Assembly (NCBI GenBank): GCA_017998475.1
Contig: JAGODA010000001.1
Location: forward strand, 1 to 32,765
DNA length: 32,765 nt
Reading direction: 5' to 3'
Source: Spirochaetota bacterium
GTDB taxonomy: Bacteria; Spirochaetota; UBA4802; UBA5368
A program made the translations under genes and the position numbers. Shown here in pieces: positions 17,572 through 26,002 of the stretch (positions are counted from its first letter, which is position 1; each line of letters opens with the position of its first letter). The notes beneath the pieces are model-generated. The model had not been told where the DNA came from. It was given only the letters and a program-made list of their open reading frames with translations, and searched no databases.

Positions 17572-20500
17572 GGGCGTTCTTTGGCCGCTTCGGCCTCGGT
17601 ATCGCTCAACCGGATGTCGCGCGCGGACTGGTTTATGGGAAGCGGAATGCTCTCTCCCTGTTCGACATCGGACTGATTGCGCGGGTCGGGGGTCTTCCAT
17701 CGGTTTTTTTCATCCTCTATCGTTATCCCGATCCTTTCGAGGCTGGACTGAATGGCGCAATCATTCGGATCGACAAGCAGGGCTTTTTCGTAGTAGGTTT
17801 TGGCCTCCTGGATCCTGCCGAGTTTTTCATAGCAGAGACCGGTGTAATGGAATATGCTGGCAGTGCTTTCTCTGAGTTCCATCGCGCGGACAAAATATTC
17901 GAGCGCCTCCTGGGGGCGTCCCATCGCGAAGAAAAGGACGCCCATCTGGTAGAGAACCTTCGTGTCGTCGCGCTTGAGAAACATGGCCTTCTGGAGATAT
18001 CTGAATGCGTCGTCCAGGTTCTGAACGGTTATCGAGAGCATCCCGAGCCGATAGTTGGCCTCGAAATTGTCGGGGTTGATGTTGATGATCGCCCTGTAGA
18101 GGGTGCCCGCCGTGTCCCAGGCGCGTTCCTTTTCGCGGCGCACGGCCTCCGCGTAATAATGGCGCTCCTTGAACGCGAGGAGTGAAGCGATGTAGACCCT
18201 CAGGTCGGGAAGGTAGTCTCCCATTTTCCTGAGTTGTGCGAGGAGCGCCGTCTCTCCGTCGAATTCTCCGCGGACCTCCATAAGTGAAGCTTTTTTCAGC
18301 AGCGAAAACACCTGCGCTCGCGCCTGTATGCCCGCGAGTAAGCCGGTGCGGAAATAACCGGTATCGCCGGGAGGGATAAGCCCGCCTATCCTGAGGTTGT
18401 CGGTGAGATAGGTGTTTTCCAGCTGCCCAGTCGGCGCCCAGCCCGAACCCTTCGGTGAACACGGCCATTCCGGCGTTCTGGCGTGATCGAGCTGAACCAG
18501 CATGTCGTCGATGTCCGTAAAGAGGAGGTGCGCAAGCGGCTGATATTCGTTGATGAAGAGCCCGGCCAGATCGGGTTTGTCTCTGAAAAGGGCACTCATT
18601 CTGTCGAAGCCCTCGCGCGTGAGCTCGATGGCGGAAGAACCGCCCGAGCACAGAACGACAAGATGGTCGGAGAAGAGGAACCCGGCGAAATGGCCGAACT
18701 GTTTCTTCATCCCGGAGAGCGCCGTTGCAAGAGTGGATGAATCGATGTGTGAAAGGTTGAAGATCTGGGCGAATATGCCGTTTCCGGATAGGGAGCGTCC
18801 GGCGATAGAATAATACTCCGCGGAAAACCTGAAGCGGTTGCACGCGAGGTCGAAGAGGTTCGGTATATCGACTATCATGTCAGCCGGAACGTCCATTGAT
18901 TTCAGATGGCGCAGGATCTCTCCGCGTTCGACGAAGTAAAAATTTTTACCGGTGAACGGAGGCTCCCTGAAGTCGACGGCCCGGCGCGGAATGTAGTCGA
19001 GGCACACTGCGCCGGGGAAATAGGCGATGGCCGGATTGCGATAGAAGCGCTGATTGCCGTCGATAAACAGTGCGCGGCTGTTCCCGTCTTCCATTGTTCT
19101 CGCGAAAAGCACGAGTGGAACGAGCGCCCGCTGCAGGTTTTTCACAGTATGGTCGCGTGATGAAAATATGCTCCGGCCGTTGAACCGGACAAGTTCGGCG
19201 CCCGCGCCGGAGGGATACGGCGAGTCGACAGCGGCGATGTCCGCGTAGCCGTCAATATGGCTGACGTACAGCCTGCCGTTTAATGGGATATCGAAGGTGA
19301 TGTGCACGAACAGCATCACCGGTACCAGCATCGCCGCCCCGGCGAGATACACGGCCTTAATCCAGTATCTCGCCTCGGTCTGCACGAGATTTATGACCGG
19401 TATCGCCGTATTCATCAGAATGACGGCATAGAGCATGATAAAAAACCACAGGTTGGTGAATTCGAGCAGGTGTAGAGCGGCCAGAATGGGCGCGGGAAGG
19501 ATGAAAAGTGAAAAATCCATTATCGCGAATCGCTTCCCGTGGTCGTATGTCTCGAGTATGTCGCGAAGCGTGTGATAGATGGAAAAGCCGAACACGCACG
19601 CGACGGGAAGAAAGACGGTCGTTGTCGCCACGGGCCCGAGCGTGCTTCCGATCGCGTTAATGGCGATGAAAAAAAGTATGAACGCGGGGGGGTAGAGTAC
19701 CTCCGTGTACAGCGGAAGATAGGATTTTTTTAACAGGCGGGCCGAGACGAAACCCGCCAGAATCGCAGCGGTGCACCCGAATACAAAGAGCAGTTGCACA
19801 TGAAGGAAATCCCCGAGAAAACGCATAACGGTCTGGTAGCCGAGGAAAAGGTAAAGGAGTATATATGAAAAATTAAGGTACGCGAAGGCCAGGTCTTCCC
19901 TTTTTCTCCCCGCGCTTTTCTCCTCGGGGTGGTGCTCCTTGTATTCCTGCGCGTACAGCGTCGGTGGCGAGTACGGCAGCCGTATAAGGAAAAGTGTCGG
20001 GAGTATGACCAGAAACGGGAGAAAGGCGAAGTAATATGCGATCTCAACGCGAAAGGAAAGAAACGCGTACGCGATTCCGGCCGCGATTGCGATGAAGAGT
20101 ATAGTGAAAAACGTCAGGATACTCCTGTGGTCGTCTATGAATTCGCCGCATGCGATTTTCAGGAAATAGACGGCCTTCACTCCGGTGAAAAACGACGCGA
20201 CCAGGACCGCCGCGTAAAGCGGAATCCGGTGGTCGAAGAAGATGTCAAGGAGAGGTTCCCCGTCGCCCGATGCCAGGAACTTCCTTGCCACGAAGAGGGC
20301 GCAACCGGCCGTAAAAGCGAGGTCGGACAGCACATATATAAGGCGGTACCGGCCCGACTTTGAAAAGAGTACACGGCCGGCGAAATTGCCCAGTGTAACA
20401 CCGCCGAGAACGGCCAGGAACACGATCCTGAAGGTCGATTCGTACGGTGCGTAATAATTGAAGGCGAGCGCGATGTCAGAAAAAATAAAAGCGACAAGAA

Positions 20501-20579
20501 AAACGGTGGCGAAGAGATTATAGTAAACCAGCCGTCGCTGGAATATATCGGAATAGCTGAATTCCTTTATCAGGCTCAT
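17568..20579 (-). CDS. Large polytopic membrane protein with a spermidine-synthase-like middle domain and C-terminal TPR repeats
   Basis: The first ~450 aa are hydrophobic, with roughly a dozen TM helices. The middle region ...DMIVDIPNLFDLACNRFRFSAEYYSIAGRSLSGNGIFAQ... resembles the SpeE/class I MTase fold. TPR repeats are ...YRLGMLSITVQNLDDAFRYLQKAM...YQMGVLFFAMGRPQEALEYFVRAMEL...YTGLCYEKLGRIQEAKTYYEKALLVDP. The start is 20579, with 20645 as the alternative. Confidence 0.75.
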   Translation of the reverse strand: MSLIKEFSYSDIFQRRLVYYNLFATVFLVAFIFSDIALAFNYYAPYESTFRIVFLAVLGGVTLGNFAGRVLFSKSGRYRLIYVLSDLAFTAGCALFVARKFLASGDGEPLLDIFFDHRIPLYAAVLVASFFTGVKAVYFLKIACGEFIDDHRSILTFFTILFIAIAAGIAYAFLSFRVEIAYYFAFLPFLVILPTLFLIRLPYSPPTLYAQEYKEHHPEEKSAGRKREDLAFAYLNFSYILLYLFLGYQTVMRFLGDFLHVQLLFVFGCTAAILAGFVSARLLKKSYLPLYTEVLYPPAFILFFIAINAIGSTLGPVATTTVFLPVACVFGFSIYHTLRDILETYDHGKRFAIMDFSLFILPAPILAALHLLEFTNLWFFIMLYAVILMNTAIPVINLVQTEARYWIKAVYLAGAAMLVPVMLFVHITFDIPLNGRLYVSHIDGYADIAAVDSPYPSGAGAELVRFNGRSIFSSRDHTVKNLQRALVPLVLFARTMEDGNSRALFIDGNQRFYRNPAIAYFPGAVCLDYIPRRAVDFREPPFTGKNFYFVERGEILRHLKSMDVPADMIVDIPNLFDLACNRFRFSAEYYSIAGRSLSGNGIFAQIFNLSHIDSSTLATALSGMKKQFGHFAGFLFSDHLVVLCSGGSSAIELTREGFDRMSALFRDKPDLAGLFINEYQPLAHLLFTDIDDMLVQLDHARTPEWPCSPKGSGWAPTGQLENTYLTDNLRIGGLIPPGDTGYFRTGLLAGIQARAQVFSLLKKASLMEVRGEFDGETALLAQLRKMGDYLPDLRVYIASLLAFKERHYYAEAVRREKERAWDTAGTLYRAIININPDNFEANYRLGMLSITVQNLDDAFRYLQKAMFLKRDDTKVLYQMGVLFFAMGRPQEALEYFVRAMELRESTASIFHYTGLCYEKLGRIQEAKTYYEKALLVDPNDCAIQSSLERIGITIEDEKNRWKTPDPRNQSDVEQGESIPLPINQSARDIRLSDTEAEAAKERP

Positions 20580-20854
20580 TGTCGTGTTTTGCTCCGTCGG
20601 GGACACTGGATGGTCAAGGCTGATTATGGCCGAAAAATTGATCAAAATTACAAGAACTTTTTCCGGAGGGTTTACCCGCGCCCTGCCGTAAGCGATTGGA
20701 CGGGCGTCTGGAAAAAAAAGTAAGTAAAAAGACCGGTTTTTCCGTTAATAGAATAGAGTCGTTGTACAAGCGGTTACGCGGGCGCGCGTAGAGGCGAGGT
20801 AACGGGCGGAGTGAATATCCGTTCTTTCCGTAACGGGCCGGTGCTAATTATTTA

Positions 20855-20883
20855 TTGAAGTTTTTGGTTTGATTCCATAAGTT
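20855..20883 (+). promoter_or_regulatory. Candidate sigma70 promoter of the DUF4234 / zinc-ribbon operon (TTGAAG-N17-TAAGTT)
   Basis: TTGAAG at 20855-20860 and TAAGTT at 20878-20883, within a locally AT-rich patch. Confidence 0.35.
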
Positions 20884-21024
20884 AGTACCACAGACGCCGC
20901 GTATACGGGAGAGGCCCGTTTTCCCGCGACGCGTTTGGGAATGGAGCGGACAATAATCTGGACGCGCACCGTTTACGACGTACTGCCGCGGACCGACGGC
21001 GGAAACGAAAGATCAGAGGCGCTC

Positions 21025-21333
21025 ATGAAGGTCGAGAACGTCCCGGAAAACAACCTCATCGTACTTTTCCTCCTTATGGCGTTTACCGGGGGTCTGTATT
21101 ATTTCTGGTGGCTCGCGAGAATGAGCCGCGTCTTCAACGATAAGCCGGTTTCCAACATTCTTCTCGTGCTTCTCACTTTCGGCCTGTGGAGCCTGTACAT
21201 CAATATGAAGTACATGCAGAAATCGGAGGAGCTCAACGGAAGGGACCTGAAATGGTATATGATACTGTTTCTTCCCATTTCATTTCTGATCGTGCAGCAC
21301 AACGTCAATGAGCGATACTATCCGGGGAGATAA
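21025..21333 (+). CDS. Small membrane protein, DUF4234-like (102 aa)
   Basis: Two to three TM helices with the TGGLYYFWWL motif typical of DUF4234. ATG 21025 has an AGAGG SD. The ORF is open from TTG 20935, so an N-terminal extension is possible. Confidence 0.65.
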   Translation: MKVENVPENNLIVLFLLMAFTGGLYYFWWLARMSRVFNDKPVSNILLVLLTFGLWSLYINMKYMQKSEELNGRDLKWYMILFLPISFLIVQHNVNERYYPGR

Positions 21334-21348
21334 GGTCAGGAGAGCGCG

Positions 21349-23337
21349 ATGATAGTACGGTGCACGCATTGCGACGCCGCCTATGCGGTGGACGACGGCA
21401 AGATAACCAACAAGAAATTCGGTTTCTCGTGCCCGAAGTGCGGGACCAGCGTGATCATCGACAATAGACGCCAGGTGCGGACGGCCGCGGCCGCTAAGAC
21501 GGAGCGCGGATTCGCCGATGACTTCGATGGGAGTCGCGATCTGTCCCCGGACGACGGCGGGACGCGGGGCCGGGAGGAGCCGCTGCCCACCGATGAGGAA
21601 CTGGCCAGGGCGCTCGAGGATTTCGATTCGGCGTCGATCGATTCCGGGTCCGAAATGAATGAAGAGCTGCGCGCCGAGGATTTCGGTCTGGACTCCGTCG
21701 ACAGCCTTGTTGCGGACGAGCGGAAGGGAGATGCGGAGCACGAGCCGCTCGAGGACGAGGCCCTCAAGCTCGAGGATTTCGGTGAAAGCCTCGATGTCGA
21801 GATGAAAAAGCCGGCGGACGAATTCGAGGACATGGGATTCATCGACGAGGCCGGTGCCGTGCCGGAGCCGGCGCGTAAACGAGCGGCACCCGCTGAAGAC
21901 GAGATCGATTTCGATTCGATCATGCTCGAGGAAGAGCCGCCGCACGCCAGGTCCGCACAGGCCAAAACCGGCCCGAGCGGCGTGGAACCGTTGGATATGC
22001 CCGACGAGATACTGATGGAGAGCGATATAAAATCCGACGAGGTCTTTTCGAAGGATTCCGCCGATGTTGATGAGAGCATAACGATCGACCTGGATTCCCT
22101 GGATATAGAGCTTGATGAGGGCGAACGCACGGAGTCTTCCCGGCCCGGCCAGTCGCCGGGTGACGAATTTATTCTGGACGAGCTGGAGGATATCGCGCCG
22201 CCGGCCAAGCACAGGGCGCCGTCACACGCGGTGGAGGACGAATTCGATACCACCATCGACCTTGACACTCTGGATATAACGCTGGATGAGGTCGAGGAGT
22301 TGAAGAAAGGCGTTGATATAGACGATGACGAGCGCCTTACCCTCGAAGATACCGGTCTGACAATAGATGAACTTGGGGGAGAGGACGGGCACATAGCCCC
22401 GGAAACTCACGGGATGGACGAGGCGCTGCCCGGGGAAGAGGATATAAAACTCAATCTCCGGGAGATCGACCCATCGCTGAGCGTGGACGACCTTACCGGC
22501 GAGAGCGATCTGCGGATAATCGATGAGATGGAGGTCGAGAGCCTTCCCGAGATCGATCTCGAAAAACTGCAGAAGGAAGAGTTCTCCGATGAGCTCTTCG
22601 GCCCGGACTCAGGGAAGGCATCGACCCCCAGGTTTACGGTGCCTTCAGAGGATTATCTGGATATAGAAACCCGGCAGGAGTTTTCACGCTACCAGGCGGA
22701 TCTTGAAAAAGGCGGGACGGCCAGCGCCGATACGGTACCCGGCGGAGTTATAAATTTTTCCATCGATTATTCTCTCACGCATTCGAGGACCGGCGCTGCC
22801 CTGAGGCTGGCGGGCATATTCGCGATAGGTCTTCTGCCGCGGTTTTTCGTTAACCTGTTGTACTCGGCGGTATCGGGGGTGCTTGGACTGGTGAACACGC
22901 TCCTCGTTCTTTTCCGGGGATATCCCGAGGAGGATTTCCTGGAGGTGCAGGAGAATACGCTGCGCGGGGCCGTTTCCCTGGCCGCCTGTGCGTTCGATGT
23001 CGTCGAGGAGATGCCGGGTTTCACCGGGAGGAAGAACATTGACTACGCTCTTCAGCTTTCGGTTACATATCCGGTGCGCTATTCGCGCTTCATCGCCTTC
23101 CTGCGCCTTACCGGTATCGGAATTGTGCTGGCCTTGCTTCCGCACCTCGTGTTGATCTCCCTGCTCACGCTCGGGGCGCTCCTCATCTATTTCGTTGGTC
23201 TGGTCGCCGTCCTGATTTTCAGGAAATGGCCCAATGTGCTCTTTGACTTCATGGTGCGCTACTTCAATTACCTGACCGGTGTGAGCGCCTTTATGGTCGG
23301 GCTTGTAGACCGCTATCCATCGTTCCGATTCGAATAA
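21349..23337 (+). CDS. MJ0042-type zinc-ribbon protein with a long acidic repeat region and a C-terminal DUF4389-like membrane domain (662 aa)
   Basis: The N-terminus VRCTHCDAAYAVDDGKI...FSCPKCGTSVIID carries CxxC...CxxC. About 400 aa are D/E-rich, with repeated EDF(D/G) and IDLDxLDIxLDE motifs. The C-terminus has TM helices ending ...DRYPSFRFE. AGGAGA SD. Confidence 0.8.
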   Translation: MIVRCTHCDAAYAVDDGKITNKKFGFSCPKCGTSVIIDNRRQVRTAAAAKTERGFADDFDGSRDLSPDDGGTRGREEPLPTDEELARALEDFDSASIDSGSEMNEELRAEDFGLDSVDSLVADERKGDAEHEPLEDEALKLEDFGESLDVEMKKPADEFEDMGFIDEAGAVPEPARKRAAPAEDEIDFDSIMLEEEPPHARSAQAKTGPSGVEPLDMPDEILMESDIKSDEVFSKDSADVDESITIDLDSLDIELDEGERTESSRPGQSPGDEFILDELEDIAPPAKHRAPSHAVEDEFDTTIDLDTLDITLDEVEELKKGVDIDDDERLTLEDTGLTIDELGGEDGHIAPETHGMDEALPGEEDIKLNLREIDPSLSVDDLTGESDLRIIDEMEVESLPEIDLEKLQKEEFSDELFGPDSGKASTPRFTVPSEDYLDIETRQEFSRYQADLEKGGTASADTVPGGVINFSIDYSLTHSRTGAALRLAGIFAIGLLPRFFVNLLYSAVSGVLGLVNTLLVLFRGYPEEDFLEVQENTLRGAVSLAACAFDVVEEMPGFTGRKNIDYALQLSVTYPVRYSRFIAFLRLTGIGIVLALLPHLVLISLLTLGALLIYFVGLVAVLIFRKWPNVLFDFMVRYFNYLTGVSAFMVGLVDRYPSFRFE

Positions 23338-23368
23338 ACCGACATCCGGCAAATAGTTCTTGATTCTT

Positions 23369-23405
23369 CGTTCATGCCGGGCCAGCCTTCGGCCCGGCAT
23401 GAACG
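23369..23405. terminator. Perfect 15-bp stem / 7-nt loop hairpin between the zinc-ribbon gene and dinG, possibly a terminator without a U-tract
   Basis: CGTTCATGCCGGGCC (23369-23383), loop agccttc, GGCCCGGCATGAACG (23391-23405). It lies 32 nt after the stop at 23337. No T-run follows on either strand. Confidence 0.45.
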
Positions 23406-23439
23406 CGTACATTGAATCTGTTATCCCCGGTGACGTCCG

Positions 23440-25395
23440 ATGAACGAGGTGTTCGGCGGCAGCGGCATACTGTCCTCGATCGACGGGCGTTTCGAGCCGC
23501 GCGAGGAGCAGTCGCGTATGGCCGATTTTATCCTGGAGGCCCTGTGTGACGGCACCGGCTGTTTTGTGGAGGCCGGAACCGGCGTCGGAAAAACCCTCGC
23601 GTATCTCGTGCCGGCGATACGTTATTGCATTGAAAACGACAAACGTCTCTGGGTGAGCACCGAGACCCGCGCGCTCCAGAAGCAGCTTCTTGAAAAGGAC
23701 ATCCCGATCGCGCGGGAGATCATGCGCCGACTTATCGGCAGGGAGTTCGGTTACGAGCTCTGCATGGGAAGCGCCAACTATCCCTGCCGTCGCCGCTTCG
23801 AGGCGCTCCTGGAGCGGGGCGAGTTCCACAGAGCCGAGCTTTCCTGGCTGGAGGAACTCCGGGCCCTTATGGACCGTGGAGGGCCGGTCAACCGGTTCGA
23901 CTCGCGGATGCCGCAGTCGCTCTGGGCGCGCGTCTCGCGTGAGAGCGACGCCTGCGGCATGTTTGCCTGTCCCTTTTCATCTCAGTGCTCCTTTCAGATC
24001 GCCCGCAGGCGCTGGCAGCAGGCTGACGTGCTGATCCTCAATCATTATCTGTTCTTCGCGAACGTGGCTTCCGGTCGGACCTATCTTCCCGCGGCCGATG
24101 TCGTTGTCTTCGACGAGGCCCACTCGCTCGAGGATGTGGCCTCGGACCAGCTTGGTTTCTCCATCGGCTTTACCGGAATGATGGAGATAGCGGAGCGCTT
24201 TCACCGCCGGGGCCGCAGAAAAACGGTGCTCTCCAGGATAAAACGGGAGTCGCTGAGAAAGAAGGCGCTGGCCGCGCACGAGGCGCTGTTCACGGAAGTA
24301 CAGAGATATTTCGAATCGCTGCGAGCGCTTCTGCCCGCGGAGAAATCCTCCCACAGACTGAGGGAGCCCCTCGGTACGGGCGCGGAGATGATGGCCGCGT
24401 ATCGCGAATTCTACGCGTTGTTCGGCGATATCGACGAACAGATGGATGACGACCAGTATCGCGCGGAGTTCGATATAGCACGCTCCAGGCTCTTCTCGGC
24501 GGTCCAGGCTCTTTCGGCGGCCACCGCCTGCGAGGACGCGGGCTGGGTGTACTGGCTTGAACGGGGAGAGGGGGAACTCCTGGGCGACATCACCGTCAGG
24601 GGGCAGCCGGTCGATGTGGCCGAGATCATGGAGCGGGAGGTGTCCGGGCAGTACGAGAGCGTGGTGTATGTGTCCGCCACCCTCGCCGTGAACGGGGATT
24701 TTTCGTACATCGCGGGACGGCTTGGATCATCCGCTTACCGTTCGCTCCTCCTGCACTCTCCGTTCGACTACCGAAAACAGGCGGTCCTGCTGCTCAACCG
24801 CGAGGAGGGCGGTCCCGACGGCGACTCTTTCGCGGGCGACGCGGCGCGGATCGCGGCGGAGATAATCGGCCATCTCAACGGGAACTGCCTGTTGCTTTTT
24901 ACCTCCTACCGTATGCTCGAGGGCGTGCGCGGGCGCCTGGCAGACTTGATCGATCACCCGGTATTCGCGCAGGGGGAATACCCGGCATCGGAGGCGCTCG
25001 AGCGGTATCTCGAGGCGGGAGACGCCGTTCTGATGGGGACCCATTCCTTCTGGCAGGGGATAGACCTTCCGGGCGACCTCCTTCGGGGGGTAATAATGAT
25101 GCGCCTTCCCTTTGCCGTTCCCGACAGACCGCCGGTACAGGCGAGGATGGAACGCATCGAGGAGCGCGGGGGAAATCCCTTTTACGCGTTCCAGGTGCCC
25201 GCCGCGGTGCTGAGGTTCAAGCAGGGATTCGGCAGGCTCATCCGCGGGAAAAACGACAGGGGTGTGGTGGCGGTGCTCGATTCCCGGATCCTTACCAAGG
25301 CCTACGGCCGGTTTTTCATACGCTCACTCCCCGAATGCGCAGTGGCGCACTCGGTCGCTGAGATGAAACGGCTGTTTAAATCCCTTTCCGAATAA
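23440..25395 (+). CDS. dinG: ATP-dependent DNA helicase, DinG/XPD (Rad3) family with an Fe-S domain
   Basis: Motifs are Walker A AGTGVGKT, the DEAH box VVFDEAHSLED, the Fe-S cysteines C...CGMFACPFSSQC (C-x4-C-x5-C as in DinG), and the C-terminal helicase motifs ...SFWQGIDLPG...FKQGFGRLIR. Confidence 0.9.
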   Translation: MNEVFGGSGILSSIDGRFEPREEQSRMADFILEALCDGTGCFVEAGTGVGKTLAYLVPAIRYCIENDKRLWVSTETRALQKQLLEKDIPIAREIMRRLIGREFGYELCMGSANYPCRRRFEALLERGEFHRAELSWLEELRALMDRGGPVNRFDSRMPQSLWARVSRESDACGMFACPFSSQCSFQIARRRWQQADVLILNHYLFFANVASGRTYLPAADVVVFDEAHSLEDVASDQLGFSIGFTGMMEIAERFHRRGRRKTVLSRIKRESLRKKALAAHEALFTEVQRYFESLRALLPAEKSSHRLREPLGTGAEMMAAYREFYALFGDIDEQMDDDQYRAEFDIARSRLFSAVQALSAATACEDAGWVYWLERGEGELLGDITVRGQPVDVAEIMEREVSGQYESVVYVSATLAVNGDFSYIAGRLGSSAYRSLLLHSPFDYRKQAVLLLNREEGGPDGDSFAGDAARIAAEIIGHLNGNCLLLFTSYRMLEGVRGRLADLIDHPVFAQGEYPASEALERYLEAGDAVLMGTHSFWQGIDLPGDLLRGVIMMRLPFAVPDRPPVQARMERIEERGGNPFYAFQVPAAVLRFKQGFGRLIRGKNDRGVVAVLDSRILTKAYGRFFIRSLPECAVAHSVAEMKRLFKSLSE

Positions 25396-25417
25396 GCGCC
25401 GGGTGACGGGTGATTAC

Positions 25418-25442
25418 GCAAGTACCCGGAAATATTACTTGC
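25418..25442. promoter_or_regulatory. Inverted repeat GCAAGTA-N11-TACTTGC upstream of the MarR gene, a candidate autoregulatory operator
   Basis: 25418-25424 is the reverse complement of 25436-25442. It lies 32 nt upstream of ATG 25474 in an AT-rich leader. Confidence 0.4.
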
Positions 25443-25473
25443 AAAATGGAAATAAATATGTCAGTATTCCTCC

Positions 25474-25980
25474 ATGGAGAAAAAACCATCATACAGAACG
25501 CCGAAAATACCGCTCGGGCGACGCGAGCTCGACGAGGCGCTCTTTCTGGCGCTCAGGGCGGTCTATCTCTTCGAGCGTTCCAAGGTCGAACACTTCGAGC
25601 TCTCCTTCGAGGAGATATATCTGCTGCAGTACCTGCGGCGCACTTCACCCTCCAAGATGAGCGCGATAGCCGGGGAGATGGGAATACCCGTCAGCACGGC
25701 AACCCGGCTGGTGGCGCGGATGTGCCGCATGCGCCTTGTGAACCGATGGAGGGACGGGGCCGACGGGCGCATCGTCAACGTGTCGCTTACCGATAACGGG
25801 GAGGCGGCCGTATCGGCCGTAGAGCGCCACACCTTCGAGGTGATCAGCGCGAACGTGAGACGCTTCACAAGCGAGGACATCGCGGCATTCATCAAAACGG
25901 CGCAATGCCTTGGAGATATTCTGGGGGCGGAACCCGTGCCGCGGCCGAAAGCCGCGGGCGGTAAAATAGATCACGCGTAA
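25474..25980 (+). CDS. MarR-family transcriptional regulator
   Basis: Winged-HTH core LSFEEIYLLQYL...MSAIAGEMGIPVSTATRLVARMCRMRLVNRWRDGADGRIVNVSLTDNG. Confidence 0.85.
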   Translation: MEKKPSYRTPKIPLGRRELDEALFLALRAVYLFERSKVEHFELSFEEIYLLQYLRRTSPSKMSAIAGEMGIPVSTATRLVARMCRMRLVNRWRDGADGRIVNVSLTDNGEAAVSAVERHTFEVISANVRRFTSEDIAAFIKTAQCLGDILGAEPVPRPKAAGGKIDHA

Positions 25981-26002
25981 AAAACGCGAAGGAGGATGGC
26001 GG

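Noticed and set aside
17827-18843. 338-aa alternative-frame minus-strand ORF inside the TPR-membrane gene
   Set aside because: It is on the same strand but out of frame with a continuous 1000-aa ORF that has TM and TPR features. The translation is Arg/Pro/Gly-rich.
20863-20890. tRNA-like T-arm (GGTTTGATTCC) followed by ...GTTAGTACCA
   Set aside because: I tried to fold it as a tRNA 3' half. The T-loop has T where the near-invariant C56 should be, and the T-stem has a mismatch. No complementary 5' acceptor strand (ACTAACT) and no anticodon stem exist upstream. It more likely overlaps a promoter (-10 TAAGTT).
21381-22394. 337-aa Ser-rich minus-strand ORF
   Set aside because: It is the antisense reading of the GA(N)-rich acidic repeat region, where Asp/Glu codons read as Ser/Ile/Leu on the opposite strand. 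This is a compositional artefact.
22684-23829. 381-aa minus-strand ORF spanning the 3' end of the zinc-ribbon/DUF4389 gene and the 5' end of dinG
   Set aside because: It overlaps two well-supported plus-strand genes and the hairpin-containing spacer between them. Its composition (R/G/P/H/E-rich) is that of a shadow ORF.
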